Positions 1 to 11,625 of a DNA stretch of 64,000 bases are shown one piece after another. Every line of letters starts with the position of its first letter. The first letter of the stretch is position 1. The stretch is taken from positions 87,298,001-87,362,000 of the forward strand of contig NC_087436.1 of assembly GCF_036321535.1 (NCBI RefSeq). The letters are read 5' to 3'. The translations under genes were made by a program, and so were the position numbers. The DNA comes from Camelus dromedarius (taxonomy: Eukaryota). A model generated the notes under the pieces. That model was not told the origin of the DNA. It ran no database searches and saw only the letters and a program-made list of their open reading frames with translations.

Positions 1-1080
1 TTTTCCATCCCTCATTCGCTGCGTGAAGCAGAGAGTGGAGTGGGATATGAGAGACCATCCTGAGGTCAGGCAGCACAAAGGCTCAGCGGTATTCCCACAG
101 TGGCCAGCTTTTTGTGTCACTTTCTGGCAGGAGTGAAGCCTGCTGTATTTCTTTTAACTACTGGGTGTTTTAAAATAAGTTACAGTGTTTGACACTTAAA
201 AAAGAGAAGGACTGTTTGCTTTATTGGTTACTTCCTTGTTTAACGTCTAGACTATGGTACAGTGTGCTAAAACGTCGTTTGTTTAACAGCCCACGTTGGT
301 AGAAGGCTATTTTTTGTCTTGTTATTCCGATGCATTTTCCATTCCTAGGCCACGTGAAGTGGGCTGGTTTGAAGGGAGCCAAGGAACCACACAAGAGGGT
401 GGTAGGTTTGACGAGGAAACTAGTCTTGTTGGTTTTATAGCCTGATATATTTTGGATTTCAGATGAAATGGGGAAAAAGATGACAGAAATGGTCCCTATG
501 CGTTTATTTTCATGGATACCCTGAATTTTCATGGGCATGCCTAATAATGAACTAGGTTCTAACTAGAGCTTAGGGCTTATTTTAGATATTGGAGTGTAGC
601 TTTATTACAGATGGATTTTATCTTTAAACACTGCATTTTGATCAACTTTGTATATTCATGTGTATTAAAATATTGTGTACTAAATGTTTTGCCCTCGTTT
701 GCTATTATATGGTCAAGGCATTTATCAGCACTAGTGTGATTAACTCATGTAAATGGCATGGGTCAGGGAAAATGATTTCCTATGTTTCTGCCTAATTAAG
801 TTTCTGTTTTCCAGTATTACATTAATTTATTTTTGGCTTCCATTTCTGTATAACCAAAATAGTTACTGTATTTGTGTGGCATTCATTTATTTGACTTTGT
901 TGCTAAAAAAAATTTTTTTTTAGTTTTTATTTAAAATAATCTGTACCTTATTTTTTTTTATGTAACCAATTCAAGCACTTTAAGCAATAATGTCAATCTT
1001 GTGAAACTTCAATCAGTTTAACACCCTGCCTCTAAAATTGTTTGCAAAAAATAAATAAATAAAATAGGAATTCTCTTCCT
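1..1080 (+). other. Distal 3' UTR of an unidentified gene lying upstream of the window
   Basis: Repeat-free AT/U-rich sequence ending in overlapping AATAAA hexamers (1050-1063), with upstream TGTA motifs (942, 961), a GCACTTTA site (975-982) and a GT-rich stretch downstream (~1092-1105). Confidence 0.7.
1050..1063 (+). terminator. Polyadenylation signal (overlapping AATAAA x3)
   Basis: AATAAATAAATAAA at the end of the UTR-like block; cleavage would be expected about 15-30 nt downstream. Confidence 0.65.
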
Positions 1081-2249
1081 AGAGAATTATATCTGGGTAG
1101 TGTTACACACATGGACTTTAAACCCTTTTTTATAAAATGTGAGTTATTGGCAAGTCTCAGGTAATCATTCCAAAGTTAATTTTGAAGCATTGAAAAGAAT
1201 ACTCTGGTCATTGTAACAGGTAAAGTTCCTGCTGCTGTCCAGGTTTGTAAAGTTAGTTTTCTGAAGGTAACTCACCACTTTTTTTGAGTGAGAAAGATCA
1301 ACAGAATGAATCCAGAAACCTATGTCTGGGGAATAGTCTCAATTTGCTATCAGTGAGAAAAAGAATTAGGGGCAGGTATGTTAGGCATCTGGCGAATTGC
1401 TTAGCTGAGATTTTGCATAGAAAATGCCCTTTGCCAGTTATGAAATAAAAGATCCATACCCCAAATAAGGAAGTGGCTTCCAGCTCTTTGATCCCATCGG
1501 CATCTGGTTTCTAGGAAAGAGTAGGAGAGTGGTCCTGGCCGCGGGTACAACAGCCAGCCCCAGGCTTCCGGGCAGTGCCTGAGCTGTGGAGACTGCAGCC
1601 AGGTGCATGCCCGTGTCCTGTGGTCTCAGAGTGTGCCCCCTCCCGCCCACCAGGGCCGAGACTCAAGCTTGCTGTTAAAATGCTTAAGGCTTCCCCTCCC
1701 CCCACCCCCAAACAGTGACTTCAGGGGTCTGTGTGTGGGCAGACTGTCATCTGAATACACTTGCCTGGGCCCAGTGATGGGAATAAAACCCCACAGACCA
1801 CGAGCAGAGCGATGTGCCTTTAGGTCTCCCAGTTCATCCATCTTCTCTTGGGGCAGTTCAGGGGGACCTGACTGAACAGAACAGGGGCTCGGTGGGGGAA
1901 CACCTGCACCAACCTTGAAGGCTGTGGGGATGGAAGACCTCAGGAAAGTGTGTTCCTCTTTCCGGCCTCCTTTTGTCCATCTGTCAAATGGGGTTTATAG
2001 GATAGGCTTGTCCCCAGCAGCATGACACTTTCTGGCGAATGAGAAGAGTTGCCCATTTCTCCAAATTTCCATCCCTCTGTTCATTGACACCTTGAACAGA
2101 GAATGAAGCCTTCTATATCCATGCTTTATATTTACATGAAGATAAAAATGCCTGCTAAGTCCTTTTCCCCCCGAGGGAAGATTTCGATCTTGGGGATAGT
2201 ACTTGAGACAAACTTCTTAGACTTGTCCTAGAGATGTCCCAGGAGGAGA

Positions 2250-2299
2250 ATTTTTTTTTTTTATTCTTATTTTTCATTGAAGTGTAGTTGATTTACAAT
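2250..2299 (-). mobile_element. Extremely 5'-truncated L1 3' tail
   Basis: Poly(T) followed by ATTGAAGTGTAGTTGATTTACAATG, the same terminus as the longer L1 tails at 36.3, 37.8, 38.8 and 60.6 kb. Confidence 0.7.
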
Positions 2300-4609
2300 G
2301 GAGAGATTTTATTATTTAGCACCTGTTATGTGCTAGGCATCATGATAGGAGTTGGGGGATTAAAAAGGTGGAACAGATAGGATCACCTTCAGTCTCTTGC
2401 CTCTGAAAAAAGGTGTGTGGAAAAGACATTTACAGTGTGGAGATGACACGTGGGGGACGGAATTCATCACAACTTACCAAACTTGGGTATTCGGCCCGAG
2501 TCTCCCCTGAGCAGACGGGGCTGCTTCAGCTGGTGCTGTTGGATAAAGCAGGCCGGTCTCTTCTTCCCTTGGATCCCCTTGGAGTCCCACTTTCTTGCCT
2601 GTTCTGCCTCTTATTTAGCTCCTAATAGGGACGACATAACTTTAAAAACAATGTGTAAATCCATTATGTTACAGCAATGGACCTGAGCATTTTGCCTCTT
2701 CATTTTCATGTTCAAAGAGCCAGAATATTGAAGGTTTTAACAGTGAATTTTATGCATAAATTATCTAAACAATCTCTTTCCATTATTACCGAATAATTAG
2801 AGCCTGTCCAGAACTTACCAGCATCAATGAGAGTATGAGTTTTTAAGCTGTGTGACTCATGATTTTATTGGCTTATCCACCTATGTTCTCTTTTTGGGCT
2901 CCCTTATGTTTTAATAGTTTAATTAGAAGCTTACGAACAGATGAAAACCAGCTTCATTTTGGTTCTGAGACACCAGAGTTAGAAGTGGCGTTAGATTTTT
3001 GTAAAAAGGATTCCTAATTTTGTGCTCATTTCTCCCGTGATGATTTCTTCATAATAAAGTATTTATTAACGACCTGGAGGGTATCGTATTCATGTTGTAA
3101 GTTACACGGGTGTGTGTCTTTCACTTTTTTCTTTGCCCCAAGGGAGCGTGCATGCTGTAGCAAGGCGGTGTGGAATTCCACAGAAACTCTGCCTAGAAAC
3201 GTTGGGCATTTGTGTTGTGGGTGGAAATCCTGATTTGTTCTTACTTCCTCATGGTAGTTTGGGAGGTTGGAGAAGAAAACTGAGACGTAGATTTGACTTG
3301 GCAGGAAGCAAAATAATTTAACAGTTGAAACCACCATTTCTATATATTTAACCAAATCCTCCTCTTATCATCCAGCTCAGCCGTATTTGTATTGCAGGAT
3401 GTCTCTTAATTGACCTTGCCTGCGAGAACATTCTGTGCTGAGGTAACAGAAAATAAACCGAAGAAAAATTTGAGAGCAAGCCTTCCTGTCTTCAGCAGCA
3501 GTGAAGCTGTCCCTTCACTATAGCACCTGTCTCAGGTTGAGAAGTGCCTGTTGCCTGTGCTGAGGGGTGGAAAAATATTTTTCAATGGGTTATGAAACAT
3601 GTGAAGGAGAGATTCATTCTATTGCCCTCCCCACGACCCCTAAGTCCTGTGGAATAAATTGTTTGAGAACTCTTTGAAAAGAAGTTGTTTCTGCAGATTT
3701 TTCCATCTCTGTTACCCCAAAGCCCTAAGTAAAAAAAAAAAAAAATGAGTATAACTTAGCGTAGGTCTATTGTCTGTTCCAACTTGGACTTCTGAGGCTT
3801 CAGCGGATGTAGGGGTGAAGGCTGTGGGAGAGAGGAAACCTCCTCCTGGATGTTCATTGATTGACCTGACCCTCAACCCAGGTCACTGGACAAGTCTGGG
3901 ACGGTTACAAAGAACAAACTCACTCAGAATCTGTCCTCAGATGGGAATTTGTACAGAATATAGAAGAATAAGGAGGTGGGGGGCAGGGTAGGAGGAGGGA
4001 ATAAGGCAAAGACCCTTCTAACATTACTGGATCACCGCTAGCCTCAGGTCTCACTGCAGCATCTGTGCCTTCGCCCTGCAGGGTTACATGGGATCCCAGG
4101 GTGCCCCGCCAGTGCCCTTAACTGATAGGCAGCTCACAGACTCAGCACCCTTTCTGTTGTTGCCTGGACCTTGATCTCTCATAGGAGAACTGCAGGCTCA
4201 ATAGCAGTGTAAGAAAGCCCTACTGGACTTGGAACGGCAAGTCCAGGTTCCAGGTGGGCTGTCCCTAGCTGGTCCTGTCATCATAGCACGTGGGGCAGCA
4301 AAGGATCAGGAAGCAGAAGATCTGAATTCAAGTCCTGACTCCGGCTTCCTGGTTGGATGATATTAGAGGTTTGTCCCCTAAGTCAGATGTTGGACATGAC
4401 CTTGGGGTTAGGATGCTAAACAGTGGTATTTGGCAAAGGAGGACCCTTCTCTGCAGGCCTTCAGGGGAGGCAGAGATGCAATTGCCAAAACCATGGACAG
4501 CATATGACAGCTAGTTACTCAAATAATTAGGAAGTTGTGGGGTACTGTGCTATCCTGTTTCATTTAATCTAATCCCCATGACATCTTCTAGGCATAAAAG
4601 ATAAGACTA

Positions 4610-5184
4610 AAGACAGGTTGAGGGGCGTGGGCGGGAAGCAGCTTCCGACAGCCAGAAAATAGCCAACAACAGCTACGCTTAGGATGTTGTCCAGGATGAC
4701 TCCAGCTGGGCCATCGTGTTTTCTGGTAGGACATAAACAGTCGCTCAGAACACCAACCTCAGACAGGGTCATGTTGTGACCACAATGAAGTGAGACGATA
4801 AACATGACCACTGCATAATTTCATCGAAGCAAGGACAAAAAACAAGGTCACTGCAAATCACAAAATACCAAACATCCTCTCCTGCCAGATCCAAGTTACT
4901 GCTGCTGCTTTACCAATATTGGTGTTAGCACTGCTCCCATCTGTCCTAGATGAGATTTATTAAGATATGTGATCAAAGGATTAGCCCCACTTCCTGACAG
5001 CACCCAGAGTTTCTTGAACTCTCCCCCAAATCACTAAACCAAAGCCCAATCCTGTAAGTTCTTTCTAACACCCTCTTACTAAGATGCTCCATTCTTCCCC
5101 ACGGTGTGTGGTCTCTTGCTGCTCTGAGATTACACACGATTTTGTTACCTGCAGTTGTGCTTCTGGAGGTCTGTCTGGAGAGCA
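4610..5184 (+). mobile_element. MER67-like ERV1 solo LTR
   Basis: Recalled MER67 blocks: AGAACACCAACCTCAGACAGGGTCA, CTAGATGAGATTTATTAAGATA, CCCCACTTCCTGACAGCA, TTTCTAACACCCTCTTACT. 5' boundary approximate. Confidence 0.75.
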
Positions 5185-5865
5185 TGGGTAGAGGACTGTG
5201 CTAGACTGAGAGAGAAGGCAGCTTCCTGGGTCTGCGGGTCTCATGGCTGGTAGGAGAGGCAGCCGCACACATTCCAGGTCGTCATTGGGGTTCTGATGCC
5301 TAATGGATCTGCAGTGACTCCTGCCCAGAGGGGATGGTGGAGGTGGTGGGCTGGGTGCCAAAGAGGCTTCTTACAAGTAACTTTGGATAAATCTGGACCT
5401 CAGTTTTTCCTGACCTGTAAAATAAAGTTAGAGAGAGCAGGGTTGTGATGTGTAGAAACTCCTGGAAAGCATGAGAGGTAGATAATGTGATTATGGGCAG
5501 GATACGGTAAGACTGACTAGCTTTGTTTGTTGTTTATGGATTCCTGGCACCTCCACACATACCTTTAGAATCCCTCAGGTGCAGCTGTGTTGGCCTCCAG
5601 AGCCTTTGAGTCTACTGCAGTGCCAGAACTCCTCTTTGAGGCAGAGTCTGGAACAAATAAGATAGGGCCTGAGCTCCATCTGTAGGAATGGTATAAAATC
5701 TATTTCAGGAATCCCAATTTTCCACAGCAGACAAGGTCGTAGTTCCATCCAGATCTTGTGGTGCACGCGGAAGAGCTTTTTAGAATCGGAGGGTTGGGGT
5801 GGGGTCAGGGCCGAGAGGGGTGAAGGCAGGTGGCAGAAGAGGTGACTGAGAACATGTGCAGGGTC

Positions 5866-5883
5866 TAGTGCCCTCTAGTGGGA
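5866..5883 (-). promoter_or_regulatory. CTCF core motif
   Basis: Minus strand reads TCCCACTAGAGGGCACTA, matching the CCASYAGRKGGCRS consensus without mismatch, in non-repeat sequence. Confidence 0.7.
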
Positions 5884-7270
5884 AGGCCTAAAATGCTCCC
5901 TGATTTTTCTCAAAAGAACGGCAGGACACGTCTTGCTTTCATTTTGTATACATTGTTTGTCCATGGATTTCTGTTAGAAACAAACTCCAAACCTGACAAC
6001 AGTTATCTTGACTCCAAACCAAGACTTAAGTTACAAAGGCCACCATCTTTCAGCAAGAAGGGACCATGGAACACAGGATCCCAGGGTCAAAGAGGGAGAA
6101 AGTGACCTCCTTGAAGACAGAGAGTGTCACCTCTGAAGCTTCCTGGCTGGAGAAGGTCATTGAGTGAAAACACGTGCATGTTACCAGGCAGGGCTGGAGT
6201 GGAGGAACCAGGACAGGAGAGTAGAGGATAACTGATTCTTGGTCCTATGTAGCTTGTTAATTTTACAAAGCAGGAAGGGAAGAAAGAATAAGGAAAGAAA
6301 GAAACAGCATCTTTGAGAAATTGATGTAAGCATTTAAGTCAAAGATCTAAGAGCTACTGTCTTATTTTGGGAAGTGTCAGGAGAGCTCCCCACAGCAAGC
6401 CAGGTGATGAGGCATAATTTTATTCCTCACCGTCTGACCAACAGTGAATACACCATTTTATTTTGCTATTCACATTTTGGCTAAAATCCTCTACAAGCTA
6501 CTGATTTTTGTGATAAAGACCGAGACTTCCCTAAAAATGGACTCAATGGTTTTGGAATTTCTAGAAAATTGTTTTGCATTTTGGTGTAGCCTTACATCAT
6601 TTTTATAGAGACTTTTATTTGTAATTCTATCTGCTGACCCCGACTTAGAACATCTAATGGAACTTTCATTTTATCAGGCTCAGTATTTCTCTCTTCTCCG
6701 CTTAGATATATGGGGAAATGAGACGGAAAGTCTGTAGTGACATCTGGGAACAGGAGTGTGAATCAGTGGATGATGGAAATGTGAGAAGAACATTCAATAA
6801 GGAAAAAATTGCAAAAATTGGATCCAAAAGGAACAGGGAGAAAGAACGTGCTAGTCTTCGTAGGCGAGGCTGGTTAGTGTGTGACTTCTGTCACGTGAAA
6901 ATTTAGATGAAGTTGGCTGATGGAATCTACTTTAAAATAGATCTCAAGGTAGGCAGATACATTTTATTTTTAAAAACTATTAGGAGAGATTTTAAACATG
7001 CACAAAAGTAAGATAAAGAATAAAATAGATTTCTGAATCTCCGTGAACCTACGACTCGGCTTTACCAGTTAACTGTAGCCATTCCTGTTTCAGACTGGTG
7101 GAATTCTCCAATAGGGCTGGAAAGTTACCAAACTAACAAGCCTTCCACTCTCCAGGATCTCTGAACAAGATTAATGTTATAAATCAACTAGTTGTCCTCT
7201 GAAAGGACACCTATGTGAAGTTAGTACAATGGAGATTAGCAATCGTCTCTTAGGGATTATACACTTATTT

Positions 7271-7318
7271 TGTCATTTCTCTAACTTGAAATAATGTGTC
7301 ATTCCTCTAACTTGAAAT
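7271..7318. repeat. Short tandem duplication (26-bp period)
   Basis: TGTCATTTCTCTAACTTGAAAT (7271-7292) and TGTCATTCCTCTAACTTGAAAT (7297-7318), one mismatch. Confidence 0.9.
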
Positions 7319-8756
7319 GTTTTCACATAAATGCAGGAAGATTTTTTTTTTCAATACAGAGATTTTCTGGTTGAAATTGGCTTACTTTGTATAGTGGAAG
7401 TGACACTGCAGTTTGAGGGTGACCATGTTGATGTAGAAAATTAAAGCGAAAAGAATGGCACTTTATAACCATTGTAGAATATAGAAGATGGTCTTAGGTA
7501 TCTTTATGCAAAAGTGAAAACAGCTCACAGTCCTCACATGCTTGCTCTTCTAGGTTTTCACCTTTCCATCTACTCCTTCCTTCTGGAATTTCCCAAAGAG
7601 ATGGGACCAGACTCAATATTCCTATTTGTCTCTACCTTCTCCTGTTGGTATTTTTCCTCATGGCCTGTCATTAGCTGCTTTCACTGATCAGTGGACTAAA
7701 TGGAAGAATGCCAGAGAGGGAAGGCGGTTCCTGGATAACAGTGCAAACTATCCATAGTCCTGAGATCTCAGCAAGACTTCTTGCATTGTTTCCCAAGTCA
7801 GTATTACCTAGAATAAGGAAGGAGGGGCTGGGGGAAGTCGCCCGGCATTGAAGCAGGGTCACTACTGTGTGTGGTGGACCCGTGCGGCAGAGGAGAGATT
7901 CCGGCTCCATTTCAGCTCTCTGAATCCCCCTCTCTTCCTGCACCTGCAGAGCTGCAGGGGTCTGGGCAGGAAAGAAAGAGGTGGTCTTAGCAGCCGGGTG
8001 AGGGGGTGGGAACCAGAGAGTCACTCTCCCTTGCCCATTGTCCAAATGATCAAGGGCTGAGGTTTTCAAGCTTTTCATTCGGTACCACAATCTTTTTTGG
8101 AAAATAAAATATTATACAGAACCTAAACTATGTATGTATGTATTATTTTGTATGGTATTTTATTAGTGTACATTTCTTTTCAACGTTAGTTTTATGAAGT
8201 TAATAAGATCAAAGAGGCTCCTTGAAGAACATGAAATTTTAAAACTGGCATCTGTTATTGGTCTCGGCACCCTGTTTGTATCTGAATTTTATTTCACTCA
8301 CAGAGGATTAGGAAAATCCAAGTTCACACAGATATATTGTTGCAAATACTGTTTTTGTTTTGTTTTATTTCTGCCGTTGTTTCTTAAACAGTTGTCTTGC
8401 AAGACACCAGATTCCTTTCAATGAAGAGAGGTAGTGAGTGAATTTTACTTTTGAGGTCGTCACAAAAATAAGTGAACCTCCCAAGTTTTCTGAGTTAGAG
8501 GGTCTCCGATGAGTTTAAATTTGATTTATAACAACCTTGAGAATGTTGATTATATAACCAAGTTATAGTTAAAAAGTGAAATGCTAATGAAAACATTTTT
8601 GGAACCTCTGAAGCAGGGTTCCATGGAACAGTTTGAAAACCACCAAGCTGGTGTTAAACAGGTAATGCTTCCTTTTATTTCCTTACCCAAACATCTTTCA
8701 GCATTTAATGCTGCCCTTTCATGGTTTTCCCCCTTTTAGAGCTGGCACTGAACTAT

Positions 8757-9050
8757 TTTTTTTTCAGCTTTATTGAGATAGCATTAACATATAACATTGT
8801 GTATGTTTAAGATGTACAACGTAATGATTTGACATGCATATATTGCAAATAAATGCCATAATAAGATTAGCTGACACACCCATCACCTCACATGGTTACA
8901 ATGTTTTGTTGTGGTGAGAACTCTGTCTTTTAATCAGGGATTGAACCCAGGACCTTGTGTATGCCAAGCAGGCGCTCGACCACTGAGCTATTACCCTCCC
9001 CACTATGGTGAAAGTTTTTGAGATTGACTGTTTTAGCAACTTTCAAATAG
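8757..9050 (-). mobile_element. L1MA-type 3' end fragment interrupted by a SINE
   Basis: T-run then TTTATTGAGATA...CACACCCATCACCTCACA...TTAGCAACTTTCAAATA, typical of an L1 3' UTR in antisense. Confidence 0.7.
8937..9001 (-). mobile_element. tRNA-Ala-derived camelid SINE (Vic-1-like), short form
   Basis: Minus strand has TAGCTCAGTGG (A box) and GGTTCAATCC (B box). Confidence 0.8.
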
Positions 9051-9395
9051 CATTGAGCTCATTTTCATTCGATTTCAGTCAGATGGCACTGTTGATGGGA
9101 GGATGGAGAGGAGGACCCAGCCAGCTTGTTCTGTCTGGTCCCTGCGTTACCATCTCTTTCCCTCCTCTCCACTCCCTCGCCCAGCATCAAGAGGGTGGGT
9201 TCTAGTTCCAGGTAAAACTGTCAAGTACATGGACTGACTTCTCACAGTCTCTTCAGTCCTTCCATCAAGACTTCCTCAGTCAGTATCCCATGACTTGGAC
9301 CCTGCTTTCTGCGAGGTGTTTGTTGGCCATATTGGTAAACTAACCAGCTGATGTATTTACTGGCTTTTGCAAGTATTAGTTATTTTTATAACATA

Positions 9396-9529
9396 TTTAC
9401 TGAGCAATTTCTTTTTTTTATTATTAGATCACACATTTGCTTTATTAATATTTTGGGTTTTAAAATTTAAAAAAAATTTTTTTATTGATGTGTAATTGAT
9501 TTACAATGTTAGTTTACTGAGCAATTTCT
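9396..9529 (-). mobile_element. Tiny L1 insertion with probable 3' transduction and 17-bp TSD
   Basis: TTTACTGAGCAATTTCT occurs at 9396-9412 and 9513-9529; between them are a T-run, non-L1 sequence, a second T-run and ~30 bp of L1 terminus. Confidence 0.8.
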
Positions 9530-9779
9530 ACATGACAGATACTAAGCTAAGCATTTTGCATGCGTTACCGCCTTGGGTTCTCACAACCCTGTGAGATGGG
9601 TCTAGTGTCACCATTCCCATCTGGAGACTAGAAGACAGAGGCTTGGACTTCTGGAGTCTTTGGAACTCAAGCTATGTGGTTCTAATTTCAGGTACAAATG
9701 AAGAGGGGTTTTAGAACTTTTGTTCATCTGAAGAACAGATATTTCCCCCAAATACCCAGCAGGTAAGAGCACAGATGTT

Positions 9780-9975
9780 GAAATCAAACGAACACAAATG
9801 AGAATGTAGGCTCTGCTGCTTACCAGCCATGCATTCCTGGTCAGTCTCAGTCTCCTCATCTGTAAAATGAGGATGGTAATAATAATACCCATGTCTAAGT
9901 GTTGTGAAGATTAAATAAGATGAACTATGTCAGGCGCCTAACACAAAGCCTGCCACTGTGTTCAGTGCATTCAAT
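9780..9975 (+). mobile_element. MIR SINE
   Basis: Core CTCAGTCTCCTCATCTGTAAAATGAGGATGGTAATAATA...GTTGTGAAGATTAAATAAGATGA. Confidence 0.8.
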
Positions 9976-11312
9976 ATCTTCAGTGCTTGACTGTCAGTAT
10001 TTGGAAAGTATTAGCTGTTATTTTGTCATTATTAACTCATTAATAGGCCTGGCTGGACAAAGTGGTACCAGTCAAATCTTCCACTTAATAACATATTTAA
10101 AATAGGAATAAGTGACATTGCCCAGATTAATTTAAGAGAAGAAGTAAGACGATGCTAAAACCGTCTAACTTAATTCTTTGACTCTTTGAAGGTGTGGTCG
10201 CTTCTCTGAGAGACATCATCTCATGTGGGGTCTCTGCTGTGGCCTGGTTCAAAAGTTAGCGTTTGATGCCTACCTATCCTTTCGGGCACATTGGCGTCTC
10301 AGGCATAGGTGGATGCTATCTGGGTCAGCCGATGACAGACAGAGCAGAGACAGCTAAGATCATCAAGTTGTCATTCCTGCACTTTGTACAAACTTCTATA
10401 GGCAGCTCTGGGATCAATTCGGCCCCAGGAGCGGTCCCTGCAGTTGGCATCTGATTAAGTCAGCGTTGTCCCCACAAGTGCTGTTTCTGCCCTTGCTGAA
10501 GGACAGAGGGGCTTGCCGGCTGCAGGCCTCCCTGGAGCACCCACCATGGGGCACCAGACTCCCAGATACTGTGTTCTGTCCTGGGCCCAAAGGGACAGTG
10601 AGTGGGGGCCGCCGTGAAGGCATCTCAGTCCCTGTCAGTCCCCTGAAGGTCGGGTCAGCAAACCAGCTGCTCCAAACTTGTAGGAACCTTGTAGCAAATG
10701 TGAAGCAAATTTGGCAACACTTTCCTGAACCATTTAGGGATTTCCTACTGGGCTTTTATTCAGAAGCTCGCTGGCTTTCCCCAGCTCCAGTTAAAGAACA
10801 TGATTATCTTTTCTTTTCAAAAACACTTTGTATTATTTAAAAAATAAAATAAAAATGTTCATTGTCTGTAATTAGGAGAACATAGTAGAAAAAGAATAAT
10901 CTTCACAGTGCTTTTTTGCTATTTATTTTTTATACATTTGACTTAATGTACAAATATTTTGAAAATTACAGGAGTGATGCACAAATCATGATTGTAGTTA
11001 AAAATCCAACAAGACCCGGTTAACTCAAGTAAAAATGAAAGTTTCCCTTTGCTTTCTCCCAACTCCATTTCCTTCTTCAAAGGTAAACTACTAACGAAAG
11101 TTTGTAGCAGGCCCTTCCAGAACTTTTCTTGCATTAGCACACATACATATGCACAGAGAGAATATTAACATGTACATATGCATTTAGTTTTGATTTTTTA
11201 AACATAATTGTTTTTAAATGTTATTCTGCAACTTGCTTTTCCCCCCAGGTTAATAGTCTTGTCAATCTTTCTACACTAGAGCTTCTTCATTAAATATATA
11301 TAGATATATAAA

Positions 11313-11509
11313 GGGGGAGGGTGTAGCTCAAGTGGTAGAGCCCATGCCTAGCAAGCCTGAGGTCCTGGGTTCAATCCCCAGTACCTCCACTGAAAAATCA
11401 AATAAATAAATATACCTAATTACCTCCCCCCTGCAAAAAAAAGAAAAAAATTTAAAAAACAAAACTAAAAAATAAAAAGCAAGATACAAAATGCCATTCA
11501 GAAAAAAAA
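11313..11509 (+). mobile_element. tRNA-Ala-derived camelid SINE (Vic-1-like), long form with extended tail
   Basis: GGGGGAGGGTGTAGCTCAAGTGGTAGAG...GGTTCAATCCCCAGTACCTCC, then CCTAATTACCTCCCCC and an A-rich tail. Confidence 0.9.
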
Positions 11510-11540
11510 TATATATATATATATACATATATATATTGCA

Positions 11541-11625
11541 GTGGGAAAGAAATAACTCAGTGGTAGAGTGCATGCTTAGCATGCACAAGGTCCTGGATTC
11601 GATTCTCAGGATCTCCATTAAAAAA
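11541..11625 (+). mobile_element. Second, more diverged Vic-1-like SINE (short form)
   Basis: AACTCAGTGGTAGAGTGCATGCTTAGCATGCACAAGGTCCTGGATTCGATTC followed by an A-run; separated from the first copy by a (TA)n tract. Confidence 0.85.

Noticed and set aside
221..538. 105-aa minus-strand ORF
   Set aside because: Antisense to a UTR-like region with no recognisable protein features.
1..1070. Assigning a gene symbol to the 3' UTR
   Set aside because: I do not recognise the sequence with enough certainty; it needs a BLAST search.
8055..8645. Non-autonomous hAT element with GGTTTTCAA / TTGAAAACC inverted ends
   Set aside because: Only a 9-bp inverted match and no clear 8-bp TSD; plausible but not supportable by eye.
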